A DNA stretch of 24,000 nt, from assembly GCA_019057375.1 (NCBI GenBank), contig DXJF01000114.1, forward strand, positions 23,787-47,786, given 5' to 3'. The notes beneath the pieces were generated by a model. It had not been told where the DNA came from. It was given only the letters and a program-made list of their open reading frames with translations, and made no database searches. Made by a program: the position numbers and the translations under genes. This DNA comes from Candidatus Heimdallarchaeota archaeon. GTDB taxonomy: Archaea > Asgardarchaeota > Heimdallarchaeia > Heimdallarchaeales > Heimdallarchaeaceae. Shown in pieces: positions 1 through 8,843 of this stretch (the stretch's first letter is position 1; the number at the start of each line of letters is the position of its first letter).

Positions 1-65
1 TTATCTTTTACCAGATAAACCCCTGGCTCAACAGGGATTTCTTCAAGATCAGAAAAAAGACTCAT
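1..65 (-). CDS. uvrC: UvrC N-terminus (partial, runs off left edge)
   Basis: Reverse complement of 65..1 reads ATG then MSLFSDLEEIPVEPGVYLVKD, matching the UvrC N-terminal (GIY-YIG) start pattern 'lP..PGVY..KD'. The ATG overlaps the uvrB stop by 4 nt (ATGA). Not in the supplied ORF track. Confidence 0.82.
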   Translation of the reverse strand, partial: MSLFSDLEEIPVEPGVYLVKD

Positions 66-2038
66 CTAGTTTCCACCATTTTCTCAAGTTCTTTAATTTT
101 ATCACGATAAAGTGCAGCTTTTTCAAAATCTAAAGCTCCTGCTGCTTCAGCCATTTTTTCCTTCAAATCATCAATTACATAAAGAATATCTTGACTGGTA
201 AAATCATCTGGAACTTCTATTTTCTCCTCCTCTTTAGGATCAATTTGCATCAATGTCTCAACGATAGATCTTATTTCTTTACGAATTGTTGTAGGTGTGA
301 TACCATGTTTTTCATTATATTCTTGTTGAATCCTTCTTCTTCTATTATTCTCTGTTATAGCTTCTTTCATTGAATCTGTAAGATTATCAGCAAATAAAAT
401 AACACTGCCGTGAACATTTCTACTAGCTCGACCCATAAGTTGGATTAACGAACCTTTAGATCTTAGAAATCCTTCTTTATCTGCATCAAGTATTGCAATC
501 AGAGCTACTTCTGGAAGATCCAATCCTTCTCTTAGAAGGTTTATTCCGACAACTACATCATATTTTCCTAATCTAAGATCTCTTAATATCTCGATTCGAT
601 CTAAAGTGTCTACCTCATGATGTAAATATACTGACTTTATTTTCATTTCCAGAAGATAGTCAGATAGCATCTCTGCACTCTTTTTAGTTATTGTTGTAAC
701 CAAGACTCTTTCTCCCTTACTTACTCTTTGGTTTATCTCGCTTACAAGACCAGTTATTTGTCCATCAGTTCCTCTTACTTCTATCTTTGGATCTACAAGA
801 CCAGTTGGACGAATAATCTGTTCTACAATCTGCTCAGATACATCATATTCATAATTTCGAGGAGTGGCACTTGTGAAAACAACGTTGTGCATATATTTCT
901 CCGTTTCTTCGAATCTGAAAGGACGATTATCAAATGCAGAAGGAAGTCTGAAACCATGCTCAATTAGATTCTTCTTTCTTGAGTAATCTCCACCATACAT
1001 TCCACGAAGTTGAGGGATAGTTAAATGTGATTCATCAATGATAAACAAGAAATCTTCGGGGAAGTGGTCAAGCAAAGCAAAGGGTTTTTCACCAGGTTTT
1101 CTTCTATCAAAATGACGGGAGTAGTTTTCTATTCCAGAGCAGCCACCTGTTTCTCTTAATAACTCCAAATCATATAGTGTCTTCTGCCTCAATCGATGTC
1201 TCTCTACTACTTTGTCATCCTTTTCAAACTCAGCCAAACGCATATCTAATTCCATCTTTATGTCTTCAAGAGCTGATTCAAAGAAAGCATCATTTGCAAG
1301 GTATTGGGTTCCCGGATAAATTAACATTGCTTCATATTCTTTCATCATTTCTCCTGTAACTGAATGTCTAGAAGTTAAACGTTCTATCTCGTCTCCAAAG
1401 AACTCAATACGATAAGCATAATCGCTATATAATGGAAAAATATCAATAGAATCACCTCTAACTCTGAAAGTTTTACGATCCAGAATCACATCATTCCTTT
1501 CGTATTGGTTTTTGACTAATTCTAACATCAAATCCTGTCTATCTAAAGTATCACCTACTTTCAAAGCTATTCTTCTAGAACGATATACATCAGGAGGACC
1601 AGTACCATAAATACAAGAAACAGTTGCACAAACAATTACATCGTCACGAGTAGCTAAAGCTTCAAGAGTTGTATGACGTAAACGCTCAATTTCGCGATTT
1701 ATATCAACATCTTTCTCAATGTAAAGATCTTTAGAAGGGAGATAGGCTTCTGGTTGATAGTAATCATAAAAACTGACATAATAGCACACTGCTGCAGAAG
1801 GAAACAAGGTTTTAAATTCACCAAAAAGCTGTGCAACAAGAGTTTTGTTAGGACCCATAATCAAAGTAGGTTTCTTGATTTTATCAATAACAGAAGCCAT
1901 GGTAAAAGTTTTTCCAGAGCCAGTAACACCTAGAAGTGTTTGATGTTTATGCCCTTTGTTTATTCCTTCAATCAATTGAGCTATTGCTTTAGGTTGATCT
2001 CCCTTTGGAGTGAAAGGTGTATCTAAATCTAATGGCAT
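62..2038 (-). CDS. uvrB: Excinuclease ABC subunit B
   Basis: 658 aa; GVTGSGKTFT Walker A, YYQPEAYLP beta-hairpin region, TSATPRNYE, GINLLREGLDLPEV, LIQLMGRASRN helicase motifs, C-terminal UVR motif. Confidence 0.98.
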   Translation of the reverse strand: MPLDLDTPFTPKGDQPKAIAQLIEGINKGHKHQTLLGVTGSGKTFTMASVIDKIKKPTLIMGPNKTLVAQLFGEFKTLFPSAAVCYYVSFYDYYQPEAYLPSKDLYIEKDVDINREIERLRHTTLEALATRDDVIVCATVSCIYGTGPPDVYRSRRIALKVGDTLDRQDLMLELVKNQYERNDVILDRKTFRVRGDSIDIFPLYSDYAYRIEFFGDEIERLTSRHSVTGEMMKEYEAMLIYPGTQYLANDAFFESALEDIKMELDMRLAEFEKDDKVVERHRLRQKTLYDLELLRETGGCSGIENYSRHFDRRKPGEKPFALLDHFPEDFLFIIDESHLTIPQLRGMYGGDYSRKKNLIEHGFRLPSAFDNRPFRFEETEKYMHNVVFTSATPRNYEYDVSEQIVEQIIRPTGLVDPKIEVRGTDGQITGLVSEINQRVSKGERVLVTTITKKSAEMLSDYLLEMKIKSVYLHHEVDTLDRIEILRDLRLGKYDVVVGINLLREGLDLPEVALIAILDADKEGFLRSKGSLIQLMGRASRNVHGSVILFADNLTDSMKEAITENNRRRRIQQEYNEKHGITPTTIRKEIRSIVETLMQIDPKEEEKIEVPDDFTSQDILYVIDDLKEKMAEAAGALDFEKAALYRDKIKELEKMVETR

Positions 2039-2245
2039 TCTTGTTTCTCCTATCTTTTAATTGTTAAAAAGTATGTTTATTAGTCAGAAAGATTTCATTT
2101 TAAAAACTAGGAAAAAGAGAAACTAACTTTTACATTCTGAATTTTTATCTGGATCAAGTTATGTAAGTTTTATTCTAACAAGCAGTACAAATGTATCAGC
2201 CGTGTAATACAACATATAAAGAAGTGAAATCTTGATTCTCAGTAT

Positions 2246-2455
2246 ATGGAATTCAGAAATTATTTTGATGTTCCACGTGAAGAAATCGATGAAAAAGGTG
2301 TTATGAGTTACCTTGAGAGTCTTTATAGGAAAATCGGAGCTCCAAAGGGAAGGATAAGGGCTTGGTACTCTTTACCTCACGAGGATAAAGGGATAAAAAG
2401 AATTTGCGTCTTTTATTCTGTTGATGAAATTCAAGAGAAGCAAGCAGTTAGATAA
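2246..2455 (+). CDS. Small hypothetical protein
   Basis: 69-aa ORF with mixed protein-like composition; no family recognised. Confidence 0.4.
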   Translation: MEFRNYFDVPREEIDEKGVMSYLESLYRKIGAPKGRIRAWYSLPHEDKGIKRICVFYSVDEIQEKQAVR

Positions 2456-2540
2456 TATCAGTTCTTTCATACAATGTGCAAAGGGCACAAATAGCAATTT
2501 TGTCGGTCTTAAATACTGAAATATTTATTTTAAAACAAGT

Positions 2541-2801
2541 ATGGTTTCAACTATTAGTACAAAACAACTCGTTTTAGATGAGTTAAAGTTTATACTACCT
2601 CATCAAAAAAGAGCTCTTCTTCTGTTAGAATCGGATATTATTAGGGAAAGAATGAAGGGATATGCATTGCTAACTACATGTTTCCAGATGAGTTCTCGTG
2701 ATATTCAAAACCATATTCGTAATAGATGGAAAGAGGAAAAAGATTTGAAAGATATAAAAAAAGCATTTATCGAGTATTGTGAACAAACATTTCAAAGATA
2801 G
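2541..2801 (+). CDS. Small hypothetical protein
   Basis: 86-aa charged helical-looking ORF, convergent with the HEAT gene; no family recognised. Confidence 0.45.
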   Translation: MVSTISTKQLVLDELKFILPHQKRALLLLESDIIRERMKGYALLTTCFQMSSRDIQNHIRNRWKEEKDLKDIKKAFIEYCEQTFQR

Positions 2802-2806
2802 ATGCA

Positions 2807-3580
2807 TCAGTTGTTTTCTTCTTGCAAGGGAAAGTAAACAGGAAATATAAGACGAGCAAAATTTTGGTACATTTCAACACTATAATCTTTCTGTTCGATT
2901 AATCCTTCCAGTTTTACGATTTCAGATTCAGTATAACCTCTCATATCTGGAAATTCACTTTGGTTACCATAATCCATAATTTTGCAAATTATTTCACCGA
3001 CTTGCTCTAATTCTAGATATGATTCGATTAGGATATGAATGTGGGGAGTTAGTTTATCTGATTGCTCTTCCTCTTTAACTGAATCAGCTATTCTTACTGC
3101 AGAAAGGATTGCAGCTCTTCTTGTAATGTAGTCCTTTGCATAAACTACATTCTTCAATGGATAAAGAACGTCTGCATCATCTAAGTAACCTATCGCCCTA
3201 ATTGCTGCATACTGAAGGTCATAATCACTTTCTTCTAGTATTTTTACCAAATAAGGTTTGGACGCATAATCCTTTAAATGACCTAAAACTTCCAAAGTGG
3301 ATAGTTTAATCGCCAATGAACTTTGTTCTATAAGATCATGAAGAAAGCTTAAGATTTTCTCTTTAAGCTCTGGAAATTTTGAAGCATATTCAACTAGGGT
3401 TGAAGCTGCGGCATTTCTTACATTCCAGTCAGAATCTTCTATTAGTGGATAAACTTTGTTGATTCTCTTTGCTTTACCATTCTTCTGTAAGAATAAAGCA
3501 AAATTAGCTCGATCTAGGGGATCGTCGCTTTTTTGTTTTCTACCTATGAATAAACCTCTAAAGAAATCTACTAAACTCAT
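2807..3580 (-). CDS. HEAT-repeat / PBS-lyase-like repeat protein
   Basis: Repeated helical units such as 'DSDWNVRNAAASTLVEYA', 'ESDYDLQYAAIRAIGYLDD' and 'AKDYITRRAAILSAVRIA'. Start overlaps the upstream gene stop by 4 nt. Confidence 0.85.
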   Translation of the reverse strand: MSLVDFFRGLFIGRKQKSDDPLDRANFALFLQKNGKAKRINKVYPLIEDSDWNVRNAAASTLVEYASKFPELKEKILSFLHDLIEQSSLAIKLSTLEVLGHLKDYASKPYLVKILEESDYDLQYAAIRAIGYLDDADVLYPLKNVVYAKDYITRRAAILSAVRIADSVKEEEQSDKLTPHIHILIESYLELEQVGEIICKIMDYGNQSEFPDMRGYTESEIVKLEGLIEQKDYSVEMYQNFARLIFPVYFPLQEENN

Positions 3581-5181
3581 AATTCAAACAACCCCTCTTT
3601 AATGAGATAACTTATAGCTCCTCTTTGTGGTTGAGTTAGCTTTCTAAGAAATGTATAATCTATTTTTCTAACTTCAAACCTTTCTTCCTTTTCTTCATCT
3701 AAATCAAACTTGTAAGCATCCTTCCTTTTTGTAACTTGAACAGCTCTTGTAACTACAGGAAGGTTATATGGCGATAAAGATTTGTACTTTGCTTTATGAA
3801 CTGCAAATAAGGTTGCAACATGAATTCCCCCTATTTTCTTGAAAACGATAATATCCGCAAAAGCTGGAAGGATTGTTTTGAAATCGTCTCTATACAAAGC
3901 CATATGATTATGTAAAATGACTAACTGATCAATTCCTACACCGTACTCGTTGGCTTCAAACACATATACCTTCTTATCATCTACTTTTACATATCCTTTT
4001 GAGGAAATTCTAGGATTATCATCAAGTAGTTGCCCAAAGGTGGAATATTTTCTTCTAAACACCTTACTTACGTATTCTTCAATTTGTCTCCACCCATATG
4101 CATAAACAGACCAAATATCAGTCCATCTGCTTCTGGATGAGTGCCAATGTTCAACTACAAACTCAGAGTGAGCGTTTTTGTTAACAGCTTGTAAATCCTT
4201 AATCTCATTCCATGAAAACTCTTCAAGGAATTCTAAATCAGACTTAAATGAGAAAAGCTTCTGAAATACTGTTTCCTCATCACTGTACTTTGCAACTAGT
4301 TTATTCATCGCAGCAAGACTAAATTCACCTATAGGAGGTGCAAGGAAAGCTTTCAATTCTTTAGGATAGATAATTGTTTTATCTTCGTGTCTTTTTGGAA
4401 GCTTATACTCATCTTTCTCTAGTAAATAATTAATTGCTTTTTTCTGAATGTAATGTGCAAAGCCCTCACCTATAAGTTCATGGAGATTCTTTTTTCTTGC
4501 AACCTTAGCCCTTTCATTTATCAGATTAACTGCTTCTATTGAAAAATTATTGAAAAGAGTATATTTCCGAGCATCTTCTGGGGGAGTATAGAAATCTTCT
4601 ACTCCTGCTTCTGTAAATAATCGAATTACACCTATCAAATCTTGGAAGTATTGCCAAGCCCAAACATGTTTATTTTGTGAAGCCTTGTTCAATTGAAATA
4701 CATTGTTTGTCATTAGTTCTTTTAGAACTAAATCTAATTGGTATAATTGTGCTAAAATTCCTGGTGAGTTAGACTCAGTTTTTTCATTCATATAAGCATG
4801 AGCAAATGCATGTATCAACATAACTCTTAGAGTTAATTCTTGTTCTTTAGTAAGTTCTTTTGGAGGAACAGAAAGATAAACAAGAGTTGGTAAAGAGTTA
4901 TAGACAGTTTCCTTTCCAGTTGGAAGGAAATCACTAATCCTAGCTGACCGAAGGTTTGTAATTTGTTCAGAAGTGAGTATAGCTTGTGGAGTTCCTGTTA
5001 CCTCTACAACTCTATTAACAGAAATATGCATCTCAGGATTAATGAAAATTAATATTCTATAATTCTCAGGTGTTGCTCCAATAAGAGTTTTAAAGTCAAC
5101 TCTTGCATTGTTGTAAACTTGGATTACGTCACTAAGTTCTTCTTTAAGCATGAAATATACTCTCCCGTAGTATTTGCTCAC
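3577..5181 (-). CDS. Uncharacterised 534-aa protein with degenerate gluzincin-like signature
   Basis: MLIHAFAHAYMNE (HxxxH with the usual Glu replaced by Ala), followed about 100 aa later by HELIGEGFAHYIQK, resembling the E-G-x-A-x-Y second motif of MA-clan peptidase-like domains. Tightly packed in the operon. Confidence 0.7.
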   Translation of the reverse strand: MSKYYGRVYFMLKEELSDVIQVYNNARVDFKTLIGATPENYRILIFINPEMHISVNRVVEVTGTPQAILTSEQITNLRSARISDFLPTGKETVYNSLPTLVYLSVPPKELTKEQELTLRVMLIHAFAHAYMNEKTESNSPGILAQLYQLDLVLKELMTNNVFQLNKASQNKHVWAWQYFQDLIGVIRLFTEAGVEDFYTPPEDARKYTLFNNFSIEAVNLINERAKVARKKNLHELIGEGFAHYIQKKAINYLLEKDEYKLPKRHEDKTIIYPKELKAFLAPPIGEFSLAAMNKLVAKYSDEETVFQKLFSFKSDLEFLEEFSWNEIKDLQAVNKNAHSEFVVEHWHSSRSRWTDIWSVYAYGWRQIEEYVSKVFRRKYSTFGQLLDDNPRISSKGYVKVDDKKVYVFEANEYGVGIDQLVILHNHMALYRDDFKTILPAFADIIVFKKIGGIHVATLFAVHKAKYKSLSPYNLPVVTRAVQVTKRKDAYKFDLDEEKEERFEVRKIDYTFLRKLTQPQRGAISYLIKEGLFEL

Positions 5182-6529
5182 CCAAATTCTTTATTTGAGC
5201 AGGATCTATTAAGATGGGTTTGGTAATACCTTTGAGCATTCTTTTTGTATGGATATAGATCTCTTTGTTCCTTAGAGCCTCAGTTCCCATTAAGAAGTAA
5301 GAAATGTTCCAATTCCTAGAACGATCAGCCTTTAAAGAGCTGAATATTGCATTTAATTGTTGCAAACATTCTCGTGTATCTGCATTTGTTTTTGTTTCAA
5401 CCTCATCGAAGTATTTCTTAAGTTCTTGACTTTTTTTGAAACTAAATGGATAGACAGGAACATTAGGCATACCATCTGTTACTATAGTAAATTGAACATC
5501 AATATCTTTGTCTGTATACTGTTTCTTTGCGTGTTCAATAGCTTTTAGAATGCTCTGAACCATGTGTGTCTTTCCTCGTGCTTCAGCAGTGAGAAGAAGT
5601 TGTTCCATTTTCTTATCATCATCAACTACAAGGGGGTTTTTAATTATAGGAACAACAGCTAGCTTAAACATATCAAATCGCTTTCTTTTTCTTCTATTAA
5701 TCATTTTGAAATAATAATAGAGACTAAGACTTGTTAAAAGAGCTCCATCCAATCTAGACATTTTTCCTTCAAACACGGTTTTTCTCATGGATTGACTCAT
5801 ATCAACTATCAGATAAACTAAGGAACGACGATCCTTCTTTATCCTCATAATATCTTCTTGTTTGACTTCTGTTGGAGGGATAGCTTGAGAACTAAGAATA
5901 GCACTCTTGTAGGTCTCTTTCAAACGAATTGTACCATGTGGTCTTTTTTGAACTTCATCAATAGGTGCAACAGAAATCTGTTTTATTAGATATCTACCTA
6001 AAATCTTTCCAAGGAGATCCATAACACTTTCTCGAGAAATTCTTTTCTTCCTACCAAATGCGTCAGTAATTTCTATATCCACTATTTCAGTTAATTGACT
6101 TAATTTCTCTGCTAATTGTTGAAGATCTACAGTTCCTTCTTGTTTAAGTTCTTTCAAAAGATCTTGAATATATTTGAGAATTTCCTCAACAGTCTGTAAC
6201 TCGTTTCGGTTAACTCTCTCCAGAACATCGGGTAAAATTCGTTCTCCAATGAATCGAAGGAGTTTCATTTCATTAACCAAACGTTCTTCTTCTTCAGATA
6301 TTAGAAAAGTGTTCATGATTTTCTGAACAATATTGTCTACGGCAACAGCATTTTTCGCTGCAATAGATAAGACTGCACCTTCACGAGAACTTCTTCCAAG
6401 ATGCGGATTCCTCCATAAGCGTAGTACTTGTGCTGCATCCTCGAATTCTAATACAAATTCTTGATTAGAATAATGCTGCAAGGGATCAGCAAATTCTGCT
6501 TCTGTTACGAAATATATTCGATGGGGCAT
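5144..6529 (-). CDS. von Willebrand factor A (MIDAS) domain protein, MoxR/RavA-partner type
   Basis: 461 aa; 'VYLIVDMSQSM' (DxSxS), 'GKTHM' (MIDAS Thr), 'FTIVTDGMPN' (TDG). Directly downstream of the AAA+ gene. Confidence 0.88.
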   Translation of the reverse strand: MPHRIYFVTEAEFADPLQHYSNQEFVLEFEDAAQVLRLWRNPHLGRSSREGAVLSIAAKNAVAVDNIVQKIMNTFLISEEEERLVNEMKLLRFIGERILPDVLERVNRNELQTVEEILKYIQDLLKELKQEGTVDLQQLAEKLSQLTEIVDIEITDAFGRKKRISRESVMDLLGKILGRYLIKQISVAPIDEVQKRPHGTIRLKETYKSAILSSQAIPPTEVKQEDIMRIKKDRRSLVYLIVDMSQSMRKTVFEGKMSRLDGALLTSLSLYYYFKMINRRKRKRFDMFKLAVVPIIKNPLVVDDDKKMEQLLLTAEARGKTHMVQSILKAIEHAKKQYTDKDIDVQFTIVTDGMPNVPVYPFSFKKSQELKKYFDEVETKTNADTRECLQQLNAIFSSLKADRSRNWNISYFLMGTEALRNKEIYIHTKRMLKGITKPILIDPAQIKNLGEQILRESIFHA

Positions 6530-6566
6530 TTTATCATCTCTAAAAGTTACTAGGAGAGTTTTAAGA

Positions 6567-8117
6567 TTAGATATAATCTACTCTGAGTAACAGTTCATAT
6601 GATGGTTTTAGTTTTTCTACGACTTGCTTTCGAATGTTTTCTTTGTATTTGTCTAAACCTTCAAATTTCACTACAAGTTCAGCTAATTCGGCATCGCTTA
6701 ATGCTTTCATTTTAGATATATCTTCGGATATATCTTGAACACTAATTGATACGTCGGATTCTTTGATAGATGTACGTAAAACAATCTTAAGTTGTTGTAG
6801 TGCATCATTAATCATTGAAACTGGAATATCATAAGCATTCATTGTATTTCTTATTCTTTCCAATGTAATGACGTTAATATCAGTTATTTCATCTTCTCTT
6901 GCTTGAAGTAATACTGTTTCCCCAATGATGTTATTCATTGTACGAAGATCAATATGTGGATTTCTTTGAGGGTCATGAATTTCATCTAAACCAGTATAGA
7001 AATCAGTTCTAGCCATTCTACTCTCAGAACGAACACCTTTTGTTTTGAGATTATCAGGTAGTGAATTGTTACCTAAGAAAGCTAGAAAATCAACTGCTAA
7101 TCGACTTACGAAATCAGTTGTTTCTTTTTCTAATTCATGTAGTTGAATAATAGAGGGGTTAGCAGTAATTTTTCTTCGAGAAAGAACAATTTGTTCATCA
7201 AACATATCTTTAATGATTTGTTCTCTGCTTTCCACAGAACGAGCGGGCCAGAGAACTTCAGGAATACGATTAATGATTGGTTGACTTTCTTCTCCAAATA
7301 CTGTTAAAGGAGCATTCGAGGTGAAAAGAACTGCGCCATCAATATAAACTGGCTCGCCTTGAATATTGTATTTGATAACCATTGGCTCCTCAAGAAAACC
7401 CATCAAAGATTCTAGCAGGCTTAATGGAAGCCTTTGTATTTCATTAACTACAATGAAACCATGTGATAATATTCCTACTTTGTGTGAAGTTGCCGCATAT
7501 GTAGTTGAGGTTTCTTTTCCAAACAATTCTTCTAAATTCTCAACACCAGCAAGAAGCATGGATAAGCTTTCAGGATCGGTTCTTGGATCTAGTTGGGATC
7601 TTCTAACTATAGTTTTAGTAGCTCCAAGTTTTCCTAAACGACTAACTACTTCCTTTGGAGGAATGGCTAACATACTATTTGTATTATCTAAATCGACGGT
7701 GTTGTTATCTGTTGAAAGTATGGCTTCAATATTCTTTCTACAATATGGACAGAGAGATTGCATAACACGAATTCCAGCAAAGGGATTTGCTGGGAAATTG
7801 TTCATTACATCCACTATATATCCAGCATCCTCTAAGAATGGACATCCTTCAATATGGTATTTGGAATTATTAATTTCTCTAACAACATGATCTAGCAAAA
7901 TTCTAGCAAACAATGATTTAGCTTCTCCTGTTGGACCAGTAAGTAGAACTTTTCCACCTACAGCTAGTTTATCCATTACCAGATTTTTACCAACATCATT
8001 TCCTCTAACGCTGACGTCTTTTGAAACTCTTTCACGGAATTCAGGATTCATAAGGATTGATCTAACAGAAAATCCATCATAACCATCCTTCATTAATTTC
8101 TGTATTGTGAGTGTCAT
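6567..8117 (-). CDS. MoxR/RavA/magnesium-chelatase-like AAA+ ATPase
   Basis: 516 aa; Walker A-like 'LLTGPTGEAKSLFARIL' (RavA-like GPxGxAKS form), Walker B-like 'GFIVVNEIQRLPLSLLESLMGFLEEP', sensor-like 'VLFTSNAP', arginine-containing segments, Cys cluster between Walker A and B. Confidence 0.88.
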   Translation of the reverse strand: MTLTIQKLMKDGYDGFSVRSILMNPEFRERVSKDVSVRGNDVGKNLVMDKLAVGGKVLLTGPTGEAKSLFARILLDHVVREINNSKYHIEGCPFLEDAGYIVDVMNNFPANPFAGIRVMQSLCPYCRKNIEAILSTDNNTVDLDNTNSMLAIPPKEVVSRLGKLGATKTIVRRSQLDPRTDPESLSMLLAGVENLEELFGKETSTTYAATSHKVGILSHGFIVVNEIQRLPLSLLESLMGFLEEPMVIKYNIQGEPVYIDGAVLFTSNAPLTVFGEESQPIINRIPEVLWPARSVESREQIIKDMFDEQIVLSRRKITANPSIIQLHELEKETTDFVSRLAVDFLAFLGNNSLPDNLKTKGVRSESRMARTDFYTGLDEIHDPQRNPHIDLRTMNNIIGETVLLQAREDEITDINVITLERIRNTMNAYDIPVSMINDALQQLKIVLRTSIKESDVSISVQDISEDISKMKALSDAELAELVVKFEGLDKYKENIRKQVVEKLKPSYELLLRVDYI

Positions 8118-8134
8118 GAGCTTTACCTTTTTTA

Positions 8135-8737
8135 TTATATATTTTGATTATTTTCTTCTTCTGTAGCAAATTGAACTTGCACAGGTTTGATTTTTTCTAA
8201 TAACTTTTCTTTTTCTTCCCAAGACTTAATGTGTCCGATATGGATTACTCTCTTCAACCATCTTAGAGCTTCAAGTTGAGAAGAGATATCGGGTATGTCA
8301 AATAGATTCCATAGTCTATCAGTAAGACGAATTAAAGAGAGATTCTCAATTAACTCTCCACGAGACAAAGCACCTTGGAGATTTGAGTTATATGCACAGA
8401 TCGCAATTGGAAGACTTTTTGTTTCAGAATCCCAAGCTATCTTTTCCCAGAAATAGTTTCTTTCGTGTTTTATCATTTCTTCTTTGGTTGCATCAATAAG
8501 ATATAACAACCCTTCAAATGGAGTAAATTGCTTATGTTTGAATTTGAACCCTAAAGAATACGGTAATTCAGTTAGAGAACTATCTATTATGAATTCTGAG
8601 AGAGATGTATTAGACCTCATCAGTAGAGTTCTGTTTCTAGTTGCTGGAGTATCATCACCCAAAATTAGTATAGATACTTCTGGGTAGCCTAGTTTTCTTC
8701 GAAGAGAACTTTTCAGATTCTGAATAAGGTTAGTCAT
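8135..8737 (-). CDS. Degenerate Arf/Arl-family-like small GTPase (putative pseudo-GTPase)
   Basis: 200 aa; the C-terminal half follows the Arf family: 'GLLYLIDATKEEMIKHERNYFWEKI' and 'LPIAICAYNSNLQGALSRGELIENLSLIRLTDRLWNLFDIPDIS...ALRWLKRVI'. The P-loop is replaced by GDDTPATR and NKxD by YNSN; switch II appears deleted. Confidence 0.8.
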   Translation of the reverse strand: MTNLIQNLKSSLRRKLGYPEVSILILGDDTPATRNRTLLMRSNTSLSEFIIDSSLTELPYSLGFKFKHKQFTPFEGLLYLIDATKEEMIKHERNYFWEKIAWDSETKSLPIAICAYNSNLQGALSRGELIENLSLIRLTDRLWNLFDIPDISSQLEALRWLKRVIHIGHIKSWEEKEKLLEKIKPVQVQFATEEENNQNI

Positions 8738-8843
8738 TGGGTTTCGTTAAAAAGCAACTTATGTGCATCTTTATCAATTTTTTGAATAAGAAGTTTTTAG
8801 AATAAGAGTAAAAGTTTAGAACTTCAATAAAAATGAAATAGTA

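Noticed and set aside
2246-2801. Toxin-antitoxin pair from the two small adjacent ORFs
   Set aside because: Adjacent small ORFs are suggestive, but neither has a recognisable toxin or antitoxin motif and an 85-nt gap separates them; unsupported.
7366-7890. 174-aa plus-strand ORF antisense to the AAA+ gene
   Set aside because: Entirely opposite a well-supported conserved CDS; low-complexity shadow ORF with no recognisable motifs.
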